A DNA stretch of 64,000 nt from Amoeboaphelidium protococcarum X5 (GCA_023515725.1 JALDTO010000098.1:1886164-1950163); one strand, 5' to 3'; positions 50,561 through 64,000 are shown, counted from the stretch's first letter. Numbers and translations: made by a program. The notes: generated from the sequence alone by a model not told the origin.

Positions 50561-52972
50561 TCATGATAACAATTTGGGGTGAATTGATTCCAGGTATAAC
50601 ATGATGTGATCATACTTTCTAGACACTTCATTATTACGCTTCATGAAGGAGTAGATTGCAGATGCAGACTTGAATGAGACTGCGGGTGAAGTGTATCCAT
50701 TATTGCTAATTTCCTATGCGCTATCTAGATCCTATGATTACTAACCAACTACTGATCTCTTCTCCTAAGACTATTATTAACGAATTAGAGCGTCTATAGC
50801 CTACTCAAACATTAGATTACGAGCAAATGCTTCTATTAATGAACAATAATGGTTCTGTTCAATATTCAATCTACCATATTAATCATCCACAGGATGGTCC
50901 TACTCCATCTCCAGTGTCAAATTGCGATAAAATTCTATTAGGAGCTACCTATCACTACTGAATCCTAAGCTATCAATGACAATAGACACTATAGGCCCAT
51001 CGATTGTGAAAATGTTATGGGAATTCTGCTACTGCCACTCTTTATATGCTTGATCAAGTGTACTCACCATAAACTGCTCATCAAAACTGAGTTGTCCCCT
51101 ATTCGTTATTGCTGTGGATGATGATGATGAACCAGAGGATATCATCAACCTCTGCAAACCATCAATCCGACTATTATTCTTCAGTAGCATATTCCATAAT
51201 TCAAAGGTTAGTTAATGATGGTCACATCTACTAGCTACATCCATGATACTTTTAATCGTCTTTCTCAGAGGACCCACTCTTTATGCAGAATCTTACTTGC
51301 TACTATGAGTATCACGTATATCCTACCATAATTCTTGCACTGGCATTGAGGAGATGAGATCTCTAAATGACAGCGACAGTTCGGTGGCAATCATCGACTT
51401 CATTTGCTAGTCCTGCTTTGGCGTACGATTATGAGGTAAAGCCATTGAGATACTCAAGACATAGTTGGTCCACAATTTTAACACCCCCTACTATATGTTG
51501 GACTAACCAGTCAAAGGCTTTGAAGTCATAGAACCCAGATTGGCCAAATAACCCACTGCCAATTTCAAATCTCCATTAATATCACTCTGATAGAACCCAC
51601 TGTGAATTAAAGATGATGATAAATCGCCAACACGTTCAAAACCAATCGCTTGTGAGTTAGAAATAGGTTGAGCCGTTGAAATCTTTGACATTTACCTGAG
51701 CTTACCCAAATGATACGATAAACGACTATAATCTTTGCTCTCTACCAAGTGGAACTACCACAGTTTGGAATAATACTTTACAAACCAAGATTGCAATTCT
51801 ATCAAGTCAGCTTAACTAATTAATAGCACAGAGTTCTACTACTACTACTACAACTACTACTACTACTACTATTTCTAAATAGCTCTCAACTATATCCACC
51901 TGATCAGATCTTGAATTAAGAACTAATCCTAGAATTTATCCCCATAATTTCTTTATCTAACAAAATTGATCATCCGATTATACTGGTATTCTAAAATCAC
52001 CGATAGATAACAATGAGAAGGTATCACAATATCATTGTCGGATAGAAAGTTCTTCAATTTAGATATAGATTGAGCAGAATTTAATGACTCTGCAGTAAGA
52101 ACTGATATACAACTATTGTAGAGAGGAGAGAGGGAATCACCATCATTCCACACGGCAGAGGCCTTTAAGTGATCATCCGTCAAGTGCCGAGTAAGACTTA
52201 GATGTCTGATTGCCAACAATCGCAATGACTGGCTAGATTGGCCATGAGACTATAAAGCCAATTGGATAGACTCTTCAAGACAAACTGGATCAACGCGACA
52301 GTCATCTGGCAGTTATTAGAACACGTCACTCAAAGTATACGTTGAACTTTGCCAGCCAATTCTTTAATGAAAATAATATCGCCATTATGATTTTATATGC
52401 TTTAGTAGATATAGCCATTACAATTATAACTAGCACTCAGCCATCATCATTCTATATTCAAGATCACTATCAGGTGCGCCATAAATGTCAATCTTTTATA
52501 ATTGTCTATCAATTGCAGTGGATAATTTGGCCAACATGAGAGCCTAGTCGACGCGTCGCAGTGTAGCTTGGGGCAATTTTACCACGTGCTCTACCAGATA
52601 TAACTTTTATCCTTACAGTATTTTAAATGTAAGACTATTTATTTCTTCATTGATAATATATTATATCTGAAGCACTTGCTCAATATCAGCAGACGACTTG
52701 TTCACAAGACGCGATTTTACAGCTTTAACAATCTCTTCAAATCTACCGCGTCTCACATTCAATAGCATACTCTTATCAAAGCCTTGCTTATTATATTTTG
52801 ATGTCTTAGAATACATTGCTGTCCTTTAAATAAACGCATTTTTGATTTTAAGCATTTCAACGATATCACGTACTACCAGATTTAGCTACTAGATTTTTAC
52901 TTGATAGCAATCTGTTTAAAGCTTTGCATAATAGTAAAGAGAAGACGATCTCCTGTGAGAGCGAATATACAT
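50561..52972 (-). CDS. Helical-repeat protein, probably mitochondrial PPR-like (803 aa)
   Basis: Long single frame with TAR=Gln; basic N-terminus; PPR-like segments LYNSCISV, VSIVIDSLG, HYCSLIEAFARNLMFEQAI. Confidence 0.55.
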
Positions 52973-53009
52973 GTAAATGATAGTGAGTATTTGTAAACAT
53001 ATATTGATA

Positions 53010-55664
53010 TCATAATTTTGAGTTTATATCATAAGGATCTAAACTCTCTGATATTGACAATGATGATGACTGTTATTTGTGCTGATACTAATCAGATATG
53101 GTCATTCGAATGAGCCTTGCTATGCGCATTGTCCTCTTACCGGTGACTTCATTATCTCTTCGATGTTTACCTTCTCGTCGGAATTTGCCTATTCCTTCAA
53201 CAAATTCCCACAACTTGCTGCCTCTCTATTTCTCTTATAATTGTTACACCTTATTGATATGCATCTGTTTATGACTAGAGGAAACCTCAGTGTCGCGCCT
53301 GGTCCTTGAATTGCTAGATTATTATACCATATTACTGTCATCTCTGGTGACATGGACACTACCTCCAGCTTACTAATTAAACTTGTACGCGCTTCGATAT
53401 ACATTCATGGGCTGATTAATAAATTCAATGGCTCCACGCTCGTACTCCGGACTCACCTAGTAATAAATTTCAGTCTTTTCCACTCCACCTGCATTTAGCA
53501 TTGCTGATACCACCTTGTGAGCGCTTATGATACCCATATACTGGTAGCGGGTGAATGCATTCTTCAGCGTCTCCTTATTAATCGACTCAAAATAGCCCAG
53601 ATCACCATTATAGTACAAAGTCTTACCAAACAATTGCACCTTCTGCATCAGCTCTGACTCTGTCACACCCCGTATGTGGTCTCCATGCAGCGTTGGAGTC
53701 GGGATAATACAGAATAGTCCACATGCAGCCAGCCAGTAAGACTCAATAAATGGCCACAGAAGGAAACAGTAAAAGTCAAAATTCTCACGCCCAATCGATC
53801 GTTCTTGATCACTTAGACGTACAAAGTATTCAGATGTATTTTTAATAGAGCTACTTCTTGCAGCGATACCACCCATATTAATCAAATTCCCTTCACCGTC
53901 CACAATTTCAATCACCATACGCTCACACAATAGCTGCACGGTGGTGTCAAGATTCTAATCCATAGTTCCGGGAGTGTAAATAAATTCGAGCTTTAAAAGT
54001 TGTGATATGAACACAACATCTCGGTATAGCTACGTTCGCGATATAGTTCGATGAGTCTGACCCTTCTTGATGGTCTAATACATGGCACAGCAGACAATGG
54101 ACTCATTAATGAATAGGTGCATCAGTTGATTACGAAATAGACTCAACTCGAATCTTTTTTATACAAAGTACACTGGCTCCACAAGTTCTCTGCGCACACC
54201 AATTAGTGACGATAGGACGTTCAATGCCTTGGTGACAACACTATCCGTATCGTGATGCCCAAAATCAGTGACGCGTCCACCTTTGAGTATAATCTCACGT
54301 CTAATCCAATCTACTCGCCTGCATAGCTCCTATTTACCCAACCCACGTCCTCTGAGTGTAAGAAGTACAGTAGCGACCAGAGCGGACGTTGTTATAGTGC
54401 ACACGCCATTTATGGCCGCCAGCACTCGATAGCCCATAGTCTTGAGTAGGAGTACCTGAGCATCTTGGCTTTTAAGAGGAGAAAATAGAGCAGTGGATGT
54501 TGATCTCTTCATGCACTGCTCATTAATAAACTGCTTCAGTGACCAAGGCTAAGCAAATCGGATATCAATCCTACCTAATTTAGCAGAGAATTTACCAGCA
54601 GCATATTCCAACAGACCAACCAAGCTCTCCTTCTCTTTAGGAGTTCCCAGCAGTTCATTTACATAAGTCTCTGTCTCAATCACTTTGTCGTAGTCCACAC
54701 TGACGGGCACAATTATAACATCATCAACTTTGCCACTCAATATGGCATCCATAACAATCTTCAAGACACCAAACTTTGGCTACATCAACTTTCCAGTTCT
54801 AGACCGTGTGCCCTCAACAAAACATTCCAAATTATATCCGCGTTAAAGTAGACATTCTATGTACTCTTTAAACACTTGCTAGTACAATCTGTCACCGCCA
54901 AATGAACGTTTGATAAAGAATGCTCCACTCTTACGCAACAAGTATCCAATGAGAGGAATATTCAAATTATCACCAGCCACAACATGAGGCACTGCGAGGC
55001 CAAGCTTTTATAGAGCAAAGGATAGTACCACATAATCCATATGACTCTTATGACCAGGTAAGAATAGAAGAGGGAGGCGGCGACGTTCAGCATCAGCTGC
55101 CACTTATTTAACCTACTCCACTTGTCCCAACTTGACATGAATTCCCTAATTATACAGCTTCCTTAAAAATACACCCACCGTACTCTCCATAAAGTCGGCC
55201 ACTAACTGACTACTAACATCCGCCACCATCCCATTGAGAAGCTTCAGAGCTTTATCACGAAGTCTTCCCGCTGTCAAAGTGATCTGATCCTGATACTATA
55301 GAATAAGACTCTGATATTCAACCTGATCATCAACAAGATTAAACTATGACTAGAGCCGTAAAAGATCATTACCATAATTAGTTTACTATATAAAATTATG
55401 ATATGTAGGAGGCCGTACACCTTGACGTGACAATTCGCGCTAAGCTTCTGCAATAAGAAATTGATGCAGTGACTAACTTTCGTAAATCTGCTACATCACT
55501 CCCTCCAGGTAGCCATCAAAGAACACCTTCTATCCAATCTAATGATTTTATTTCAATCTCAAGTTGACAGCATTTTTGCCTCTACACTTACACAATAGCG
55601 GTTGAATATTCCAAGATTCTATAAAACAATGGTCAGAGCAAAACTTACATTATGGGCACGACAT
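53010..55664 (-). CDS. GNPAT: Glycerolipid acyltransferase, peroxisomal DHAP acyltransferase (GNPAT/GPAT family)
   Basis: [12 protein letters not shown] (HxxxxD), [43 protein letters not shown]; ends in SKL* (PTS1). Start codon uncertain. Confidence 0.88.
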
Positions 55665-56273
55665 CCTTATTGTAATCTCTGTCCAAGTTAGAGCCTGAAA
55701 CGGACAGCTAATGCCTAGGGATGTCCTATTTAAGTTCGCCTTTAGGTGTTGTCCTGTTCATTACAATCGCTAATAGAAGAGTTAACTGCGTAAATGAATG
55801 GATAGAAAGCAACTAACCTGGCTGGCGAGAAACAATCGATCGAACGAGTTTGCCTCACACGCTCTTTAGTGTACAGTACATTTTCAAGTCTTCAAATGAC
55901 ACCTCTTAATGGGTAAGCTAAGTTTTGATTAATACCATGCGATATACGTGATATTAAGCTTGTGATCTCAAGTTGCGCTGTTACATTATTGTTATTCTTA
56001 GTACAGGATTGATCTACAAACAAGCAACCTGTTGAACAAAAAATGCGAGCTATAAAGACGATAAATGCGCGGTGCAGGATAGATTTATAATCTTCTGCCA
56101 CATGTAGGAATTATACATGCAGTAACTTGATAAATTCAGCGCGTTAACATTTCGACAAAAGAGAACTTATCATTGCCTAATCTGATTCTGATTGGACTAA
56201 AACCAATCTGTAATCACACCAACCAAGTATATTTCCCCGTTCTTGCAAAGACAATCTGATCAAAAATAACACA

Positions 56274-56358
56274 TCCTCCAAGCCTGGATCGAACAGGCGA
56301 CCTATCGATTACTGGATGCTATTACAGTCGAGCGCTCTTCCAGCTGAGCTATTGGAGT
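56274..56358 (-). tRNA. tRNA-Tyr(GTA) with 12-nt intron (56310-56321); A1:G72 and C27:T43 mismatches
   Basis: ACTCCAA TA GCTC AGCTGGAA GAGC G CTCGA CT GTA A [TAGCATCCAGTA] A TCGAT AGGTC GCCTG TTCGATC CAGGC TTGGAGG A; A and B boxes intact. Confidence 0.9.
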
Positions 56359-57199
56359 CCTTTCAATTTTTTGGATGCCGCGAGCTGGGAGCCAAGTCGA
56401 TAGCCAAAGCTTATTAATCGTATTGCTCTTGTTTCAAGTGCAGATGGCGAATATCCTGATAATATCAACGAATCTCATGCAATACAGACTTTCGATCAGA
56501 TTAATTGATATAGATGAAAACCGTTGGTTTATGAAGTGCAAATAGACAATGGTGAATCTGTTCAACATCGCTTTAGTATGGAGTATAACGTTTCAACAAT
56601 ATACCATCTTGTGGCCAGGAGAGTCATCATATCCGTTGTACTACTTTTCTGTACGTATTGAAGATTTCGATAGAGACTAGTTCTAATTTTCTTGATGAAA
56701 CGTTCGTTCTCGGCACTGATTTCAGCCATCCTCTGTCTAGTTAAGCCTGCTTTTGGTTATCGCTAGTCATGATGCTCATAGCTGCGAAAGGATATCTTGA
56801 CATGTTCTGGAAACTTTAATATTGGTTTAAAATGATAAATAATTAAATCCTGCATTGGTATTTTAGTCGACACATTCTAGTTTCATATTTCACAATTTTT
56901 GTCGTTGCTTTTGTTCTTGTCGCGTGCGTGAGTGCGCGCGCAAGTTCCTTTGTTTGTTCGTATGTTGTACTCGGCTACTGTATCAGAGTTGCAACAACGT
57001 TGTTGCACAAAGTGTTGGCGACGAGCGAAACCACGTGAGTTAACGGACGGACATCGAGCTCGAAGGGGAAAAAATAGAAAGCGACTCCGCTCAAAATCGC
57101 TCGTCGCAATAAAATCCCATCAACTCCTCATTCTCTTTCTTCTTCTTCTCTTCTCTCTTCATTATTGTTATCGCATTTTTAGGCATTGGCGACAGTGCT

Positions 57200-57310
57200 C
57201 CTGCATCATGATGATGTCCTCGCTTTGGATAAAGCCCCTGCTCTGTGTTGGAGTTCTGCATCGTGATGATGTACTTGCTCTGGATCGAGCCCTGCATCGT
57301 GATGATGTAC
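57200..57310. repeat. Three imperfect copies of ctgcatc(a/g)tgatgatgt(c/a)c
   Basis: Copies at ~57201, ~57256 and ~57292; the first two are followed by related gct(t/c)tggat sequence. Confidence 0.7.
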
Positions 57311-58558
57311 CGGCCTCGTCGGTTCCCCTTTTTTAACCATTCTAACCTTTTCCTAAGTGATGTACATACTCCATGAGGCTCAGCGCCGCCTCTTACAGTT
57401 AGCGGGTAGACTTGAAATCCCGGCTAGAGTCAGCCTGAAACAACTTGTTTTATGACTCCACCCAGTCATGCAAGTCTTCACTGCCTGTTTCAACTACTAA
57501 TCAGCGTCTGTACCACGTACGATTGGTACCTGTAATAAGTCAGTAATAGCATTTCGACAATCTGGGTGTGTCAACATTCTCTTTTTCAACTCCGCTTTAC
57601 TAAGATTATTTTATTTAACAGTTTTCACAGTAGCTGATCCTCAGAGTTAGTATACCCGTGTAGCAACCTTCGTTTCTATACACAGCCTTGCGGATGACTA
57701 TCTTGAACAGATGTCACGTAATTACTAACGGAGGCAGTGCATGTGTACCACCCCAGGGCAGCTCTATATTGCGTCCTTCCTGATGATCAGCTGCTTTCCC
57801 TGTTCCACCTAATTCTTTTCTGAGAGTCACCTTTCTCCACATCGTCCATTACCCGTCTCTTGAAAACAATTTTAATACCAGTTAGCGTGTCCCTTGTATT
57901 TAGCTTTGATGCTGCTGCTGATGATGATGATGATGATGATGTTGATGATGTTCTTATTTCCACCGTGACGTAGAAATGTTATTACTATTACGCCTATTAT
58001 CCACCATCTAACCTACTCCGCTTCAGAGAGTCCTGTTGAGAGTCATCTTCCATTCTTCTCTTCCCCGGCCTACTATTTCTTCCACTTCCTTACTCTGCCC
58101 TTATTTTAGTGCGCTAAGTTCTCTGCTTTACTAAGATTGGCAGTAGACTAAAGTATAACGCTGCCGAGTGGTCTCGTATATCTGCTGAAGTTCTTTTATG
58201 CCTGCTGGCATGGTCTAAATGTAATGAAAAATCCCAGAGACATTACGTTGTCTACATATGAGGCGCCGTAAAAGTACACGTTTTGTAAAGAATCACCAGG
58301 GACAAGTGCCTTATTAAGCCATTTTGCGCTTGGATATTGCTTTAGATTTACTGATAATTGTTTCTTCTAATTGGAACAGAATAGTTTTAATCATCTTCTT
58401 GTTGTTTTTGACATCAGATTTTGGTATTTTACATCGTGCCTGAATGGTAGGGCACCCAAATACACGCCAACAAAACATACATACATCTATCCATTCAAGG
58501 ACATGAAGTAAAGAATAAGCCATTATAACAAAAAAACTTTATCTTAAATCAACGCCTA

Positions 58559-61500
58559 TCATAGTCCTTTCTCAATGGCAGCTCTCTACTTTTAAAGACG
58601 CGCCAGAGTTTCCGTGGATCCGCTCTTTTCATCATCAGCCTTTCCACTTGCACCACCGCCACCAACTGATCTCAACTTTGGAAACTGAAGCCCAGGAAGG
58701 TCACTTCCACCGTTTCCATTACTCTCGGATATAGAAACTCTTGGCTTCCTCAGACCAGCACCTAATTTCAGACCTTTGATGGCATTCTCCAAGTCACCCT
58801 TTTCCATCATGACACCAGCTTTAGGTGCAGACTGAGTGGAAGCAGCCTGAGCCATAGCAGTCTTCTTTGCGGCAGCCTGCTGTGATTGATTTGCCTTCTT
58901 AACAGCATCTTCAGTCTCCTTACGACATCTGGCAACTTGCTGATTGAAATTGAGAATCAGACTGAACATGTCCTCAACTTTGGCAGTGGCCGGATCTTCA
59001 CCGTAGAGAATGAGTAGCTGACTGGATGCATCCTCCACCTTCTTACTCTTTTCCATAATCTAAGTAACTTGAATCTGAGCCTACTCCAAAAAGCTAGTCA
59101 TAACTTCAATAAATTTATCCTGTGGATTCTGTTTATCACCAAGAGCCTACAACGCTGTGATCTCATTCTTGACCAAATCAATTCCAGTCTTGAGAGCTCT
59201 AACTTGAGACTAGTTAGCTTGCATAGATATTCTCGATGCAGGTTCCAAATGAGGAAGATCATCCATAAAGTCAATAAATGAGCCGCCGCTCGCCTATTTG
59301 CTATCAGAGAATTTAATCAAGTAATGCAACAGTGTGCTCATACCAACCTTGTTCTTGTCTCCGCCATCTTTTACGGATGCAACTGGATTAGCGCGCGTAT
59401 CTTTCAACTTCATCAGCGCCTCCAATTAATAACCATACGCATCACCTCTAGCACTACCACCATTCATGTAATTACCAACACCAAGCACAGTCTTAAGCAA
59501 TACTTTAAACTTGGTGGATCGCTTCACCTCATTAATAGCAGAAATGACAGAGTCAAGCTCAGGATCAATTTCATTAACATCACCGTCAAACTTGCGTTTA
59601 AACAGCCAACACTCGATACGATTAGCCAGTCTAGGTACCTGAGCAATATTATGGAAATACTTTTCTGCAACTCCGAGCGAATCAAAACCTTCTGCAGTCT
59701 TGGCAACTTCCGAAATCTAATCAGCTTCATCATCAGTAGGAGTAAATTACTTCAAGGCTTTGACTTGATCAAAGGATAGTACACGATCATCCAGAGAGAA
59801 GAAGGCATTCTTAATGTCTTCGAACGGCATCTTGATTCTAGCCAATAGGATAGCAACATTGTTACCTCTATTGAAATCAACGATGCTGACCACAGTCTTC
59901 TTCGAGTCAACCTTCTCATCAGCGGCCTTCTATTGAGGAGCCATTGCATTTTTGCCAAACAGCTCTGAAAGCTCTTCCACATTCAAAGAATCTATAATCT
60001 CCTTCTCGTCAATATCCTTCCAAATAGTCTGCTTAACATTAGAGGCGTGAATTTTATTCCAAAAGACATTCTTCATAGGAACCTTTGGCTTAATTTTAGG
60101 CTTTGGTGGCAATCCAGAGTTGGCACCACCAGGAGCACCAGGCATAGGTGGCGGACCGCCCATTCCCGGAGGTGGAGGAGGGCCACCCATGCCAGGTGGA
60201 GGAGGAGGACCTCCCATTCCAGGTGGAGGCGGTGGAGGTGGCCCAGATGCTGAATCTCCTGGTGGCGGAGGTGGCGGTGGAGCACCGGTAGTGGCAGCTT
60301 CAGTCTAGGAAGTGACAGAGGATATTGCAGCAGCAGACACTAAAGGACCGGACATTCCTTTTTGAACAGCATCTTGCGCAAGTCGGCCAATATCACCAAC
60401 AATCTTATTCAGCTCTTTCCTCTAATCATCATTAAGCTTCTACTTTTCTGCAATGCTATTCAATTGCGAGCTGTTATCTTCACCCAATTTAATAACGGAC
60501 AAGAATTCGGTAATAGCGGACAATACCACAGAAGAACCTTATAAGTCACCAGAGGCCTTTGATAAACCTTACTCAGCTGCAGCAAGCTTTTCCTACTGTT
60601 ACTTAAGATTATCCTAAAGGGACTGCAATTCATGCTTTGGCAGAAAGGCAGTATCTGGATTCTGCAAAGTTTTCAGCTACTCAGAGAGACGTGTAATCTC
60701 CTGTCCTTTGAGATCAACTTGAGCCTGCAGTTCGGCATTTTTATGCCTAAATTGAACCAGCTCTTCAACGACAGCACCGATACGACTGTCGAACACTTCA
60801 ACAGGGCCAGTACCTCCCTTGGCAGCACGCTCAGCCATGGAAGCCTCAAAGTTCTTAACCATCATCTGGACCATCTCACTCTTTTCTCTGGCACGGGCGT
60901 TGATCTTATCAAGTTCACTTTATAACTTTTCGCACTCTTTCTCCTTAGCTGCCAGACGAGTGACAATATTAGCCATAGATTCCTGTCTTAACGACGCCGC
61001 AGACTTGGCATCCCCAGGTGCCATAGATTCACCACGAGCACGACCACTTGCAGCAGGAGGAGCCAATGAAGCAGACTCTGCACTACCAGCATCCTTGGCC
61101 TTAACAGCTAGACTGAGCTCTTAAATTTAAGCAACCTTCTCATCAAGTTGCTCCTAAAGTTTTCTGTTTTCGGACAGTAAACTAGTGACTTTGTCTTGAT
61201 ATTACTTCAAATCTTTTGAAGTTTATTCTGACTAGATACGAAGTAAAGCATTCGACTACTCAATCTCTGAGATCCTCTTAGTTTAGTCGGCAATAGACTT
61301 TTCAAATGCACCAGTATCTTACACGGCTTGGACAACAGGGGCAGAGCTTGGCGAACTTTACTTACCAATCTGAGCGGTCAGATCAGTCACCTATTGTTAA
61401 TGCACAGCAATCTTCTTCTCCAGTGCACTCTTCTCCTCAACTAATTAGACAATTTGCTGACGTAACTGATCTGCATCTTCATTCTAGTCTTGCAGATTTT

Positions 61501-64000
61501 CCTCTCTTTTGTTATTCAAAGCGTTACTGTGCGCACTCTCTAGCAACTTTGCATTCTCAGTCTTCAATTAAGAGATCACATTCTGCAGTTCGATGATTTG
61601 CTAATCGTCACTTTAATTGACAGACAAGAGAGCAGATATCTGTCCCAAAGCTGAGCCTTGATCAACGCTTAACTCTTCCTCCACCTGTTCGATAAACTCC
61701 TTCATAAATTAAGAAAATGTTGCCACATTAATGCCATCTTCACCACTCTATTACTCAAGGCTAATTAACTTCTGCACAAAAGTTTCACAAAACTTCCAGA
61801 TACGCTACTGATTCTAATATCCATCTTTCAAATGTGAGGTAGATTATTAATCCAGCTGGTCCTAAGACTCAGAACCGTATCCCACCAACAGAAGAAAGTT
61901 TTAGAGGATAGATATAAATGAAGTCTGCGCAATAATGTCATTCGACAATCTCGACATCACCTTCTTGACAACATCCCCAGGATTGCTAAAGTCCACACCT
62001 TTACCCAACATTACAGACTGAGCAAGCTTCATATCCTGAGACATCTCTTCATCAAAAATGTCCAACTGCGTGATCATATTAGGAGTAGCATTTTTTCTCA
62101 TTTACTTTACTCTTTCAGCCACCAGACCACGTCTAAAGAATTCCTCTCTCAGCTAAACTCTGCTATCAAGAGCTTCAGGAACACCAATAATTGCGTTAAC
62201 CAGAGTAAGAGCAGAGGCTTTATATTCAAAAGTGGAGACTGGATTTCTGCCATCAGAGAACCCCTTTACCAATGGATCCTCATCAACAATACTCTTTACC
62301 AAATATTCAAATCGAGCTCTCTCATTATAGAATCCCTTGAAATCGGACATGGCAGCAAGGACCATTTTATGACCCTCTGAGCTCAAGATACACAAAGCAG
62401 CCAGAATCTCAGTCACCGTAGTCCTCAACTTGTCATTACTAGAGTGTAGACAGAAAGCAATCTTTGATATGATCAACTAGCTGGTGAGGACAGTGGTAAA
62501 ACCAGGCTCTGTATTCAGCAGAAAACGCATACACTTCATACATTCCACACGGATCTCTTCATCAACGTCAGATCGAGCACGGGACAATTTGGTGGGCACT
62601 TTGAGTCCATTAGCTCTATCTAAAACAGTACCGATAGCAATAAGGCCTTTACCATTCTCAACAAACTGACGGACCCAGGTAATTTTCGCAGTAGACAGAG
62701 TGACTCTTAAATTGACCAGCAGCTTCAACAGCGACTTGGCGTTGATAGACGATGCGGACAACTTATCAATGTAAAACTGAGGAGAATTCTCATAGATATC
62801 CTTCTTGGAAGTGACACCCTTACTCTTGCCAAATAGACCAACACCGCCGCTACTACTAGTATTTGAATTACTTGCAGTTGGACTGGTAGGACCAGACTTA
62901 TCATCAACATCTTCATTACTGGTGAGCAAATTAGCGGACGAGATTTTTGTTTTTGTAGGAGACTGAGAGCGGCTCTCATTATAACCACCTTTTAACGCAG
63001 CCTGTCTCAAATTCTAAACCAACAAAGTAGCTTTTCTCTCCTTGTCATAAGCAAACATGCTCTTCCTCACACTCTCATTCTTCAAATTCAAGTCATCCAA
63101 CAACTTGGTGAATAAATTGTCGAATTCTGAATCTGGCAGATTGAGGAGCATAGACTTTGCCTAAGCCTTATTCGCATCACTGTTACCACCTTCTGCCAAA
63201 ACTTTCATAATCTCGCCAGTCTTAGTAGATCCCTTTCTGGGGGATGTCTTCTTAGTTGGAGTAGCATGCTCCACCATCGGACCAGATACATCCTAAGACT
63301 CTGAAGTCAGAGAAGTCGATGCGCCAACGTCGCTCACAACAGCGTTAGATAGAGGAGACGGCTCTCTAGCACTGCCGTGCCCCGAACTGATACTACCGGC
63401 ACTATTTATAGAGCGAGACATTTTATCTTTCACACGCAAAGCCTGAGAATTCATTCTAGATAACCAGCTACCACCAAGCTGAATCTAGAAATAATACTAA
63501 ACAACACTCTAATTGGCCATTAAACTCTAAACTTCAGCTTTCATCAGCAGCGGTCTATCAGTATCATTCAGCTTCTTAACATCAACACCGCCGGCAGAGA
63601 ATTCTTTCACTTCAACAATATTATACTTGATCTGCACTTTCTTATCGGTAGACTCTTTAGTACCAAGAATACCAGGCTTCAACTGATACTCATCCATAAT
63701 GACCTCCAGCATCTGATCAGCCGTCATTGTAGGCGTGACATACACCTAACACAGATAATTCTCGGGCATCTCAGCAATACCTTTAAACTACACACGGGCC
63801 ACAAATGATGAGTTGACCAACTTCAAACGGGGATTGTTTGAATCGGAAATGCTACTGGAAGGCCAGCCAGCAATTTCATCCTTCAATTAAACTTCATTAT
63901 CCAGCACCTTGATGGCAGTATCATCATTCAATTCGGGAAGAGTGAACACCAGACTTTCTCTCTTGCGTCTTCTTACAACTAACATTCTCCAATCTTCCAA
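58559..64000 (-). CDS. Diaphanous-related formin (RA-like, GBD/FH3, coiled coil, FH1, FH2, DAD-like); 5' end outside window
   Basis: One frame from the window edge to TGA58559. LRVTLSTAKITWVRQF, CMKCMRFLLNTEPG, polyproline FH1 (GGPPPPPGM repeats), FH2 MKNVFWNKI, LGVGNYMNGG...AYGYQLEAL, DLENAIKGLKLG. Confidence 0.95.

Noticed and set aside
56274-56358. The tRNA as the Gln tRNA that decodes TAA/TAG
   Set aside because: Anticodon is GTA (Tyr) with a Tyr-type intron position and A73, not TTA or CTA.
56400-56810. Minus-strand ORF fragments beside the tRNA
   Set aside because: Frames are short, closed by TGA and show no recognisable motif.
57200-57310. Repeats as a CRISPR-like array
   Set aside because: Only three degenerate copies with uneven, partly related spacers, in a eukaryotic context with no cas genes.
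60140-60285. GC-rich ggtggaggagg repeats as a mobile or structural DNA repeat
   Set aside because: They encode the formin FH1 polyproline tracts on the minus strand.

Overview
Gene-dense eukaryotic nuclear DNA of fungus-like (opisthokont) character that uses a non-standard genetic code: TAA/TAG encode Gln and TGA is the only stop. The supplied ORF track uses the standard code and so breaks every gene into fragments. Re-read by hand with TAR=Gln, the window holds about 29 uninterrupted, apparently intronless CDSs, one intron-containing tRNA-Tyr and a ~1.08 kb terminal-inverted-repeat (Mutator-like) element. Fungal-type proteins plus this code best fit the aphelid algal parasite Amoeboaphelidium protococcarum (inference, not verified). 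Housekeeping genes include SLMAP/Vps64, Vps74, SAP18, Swa2, Lcl2, Ste14, SmG, Tim50, Fbp1, LYRM5, Spb1, ALKBH1, villin, Coq1, RNAi RdRP, Asa1/GNB1L, Spc3, GNPAT and a formin. Among them are candidate host-interaction or alga/plant-like genes: a tandem pair of unknown secreted paralogs, a secreted violaxanthin de-epoxidase-like lipocalin, a signal-peptide-bearing calpain-like protease, a plant-type core alpha-1,3-fucosyltransferase, a Chlamydomonas/Dictyostelium-type Cys-Met copper transporter and a Crinkler-type NTPase+nuclease. All translations and family calls were made by eye; no database search was run.
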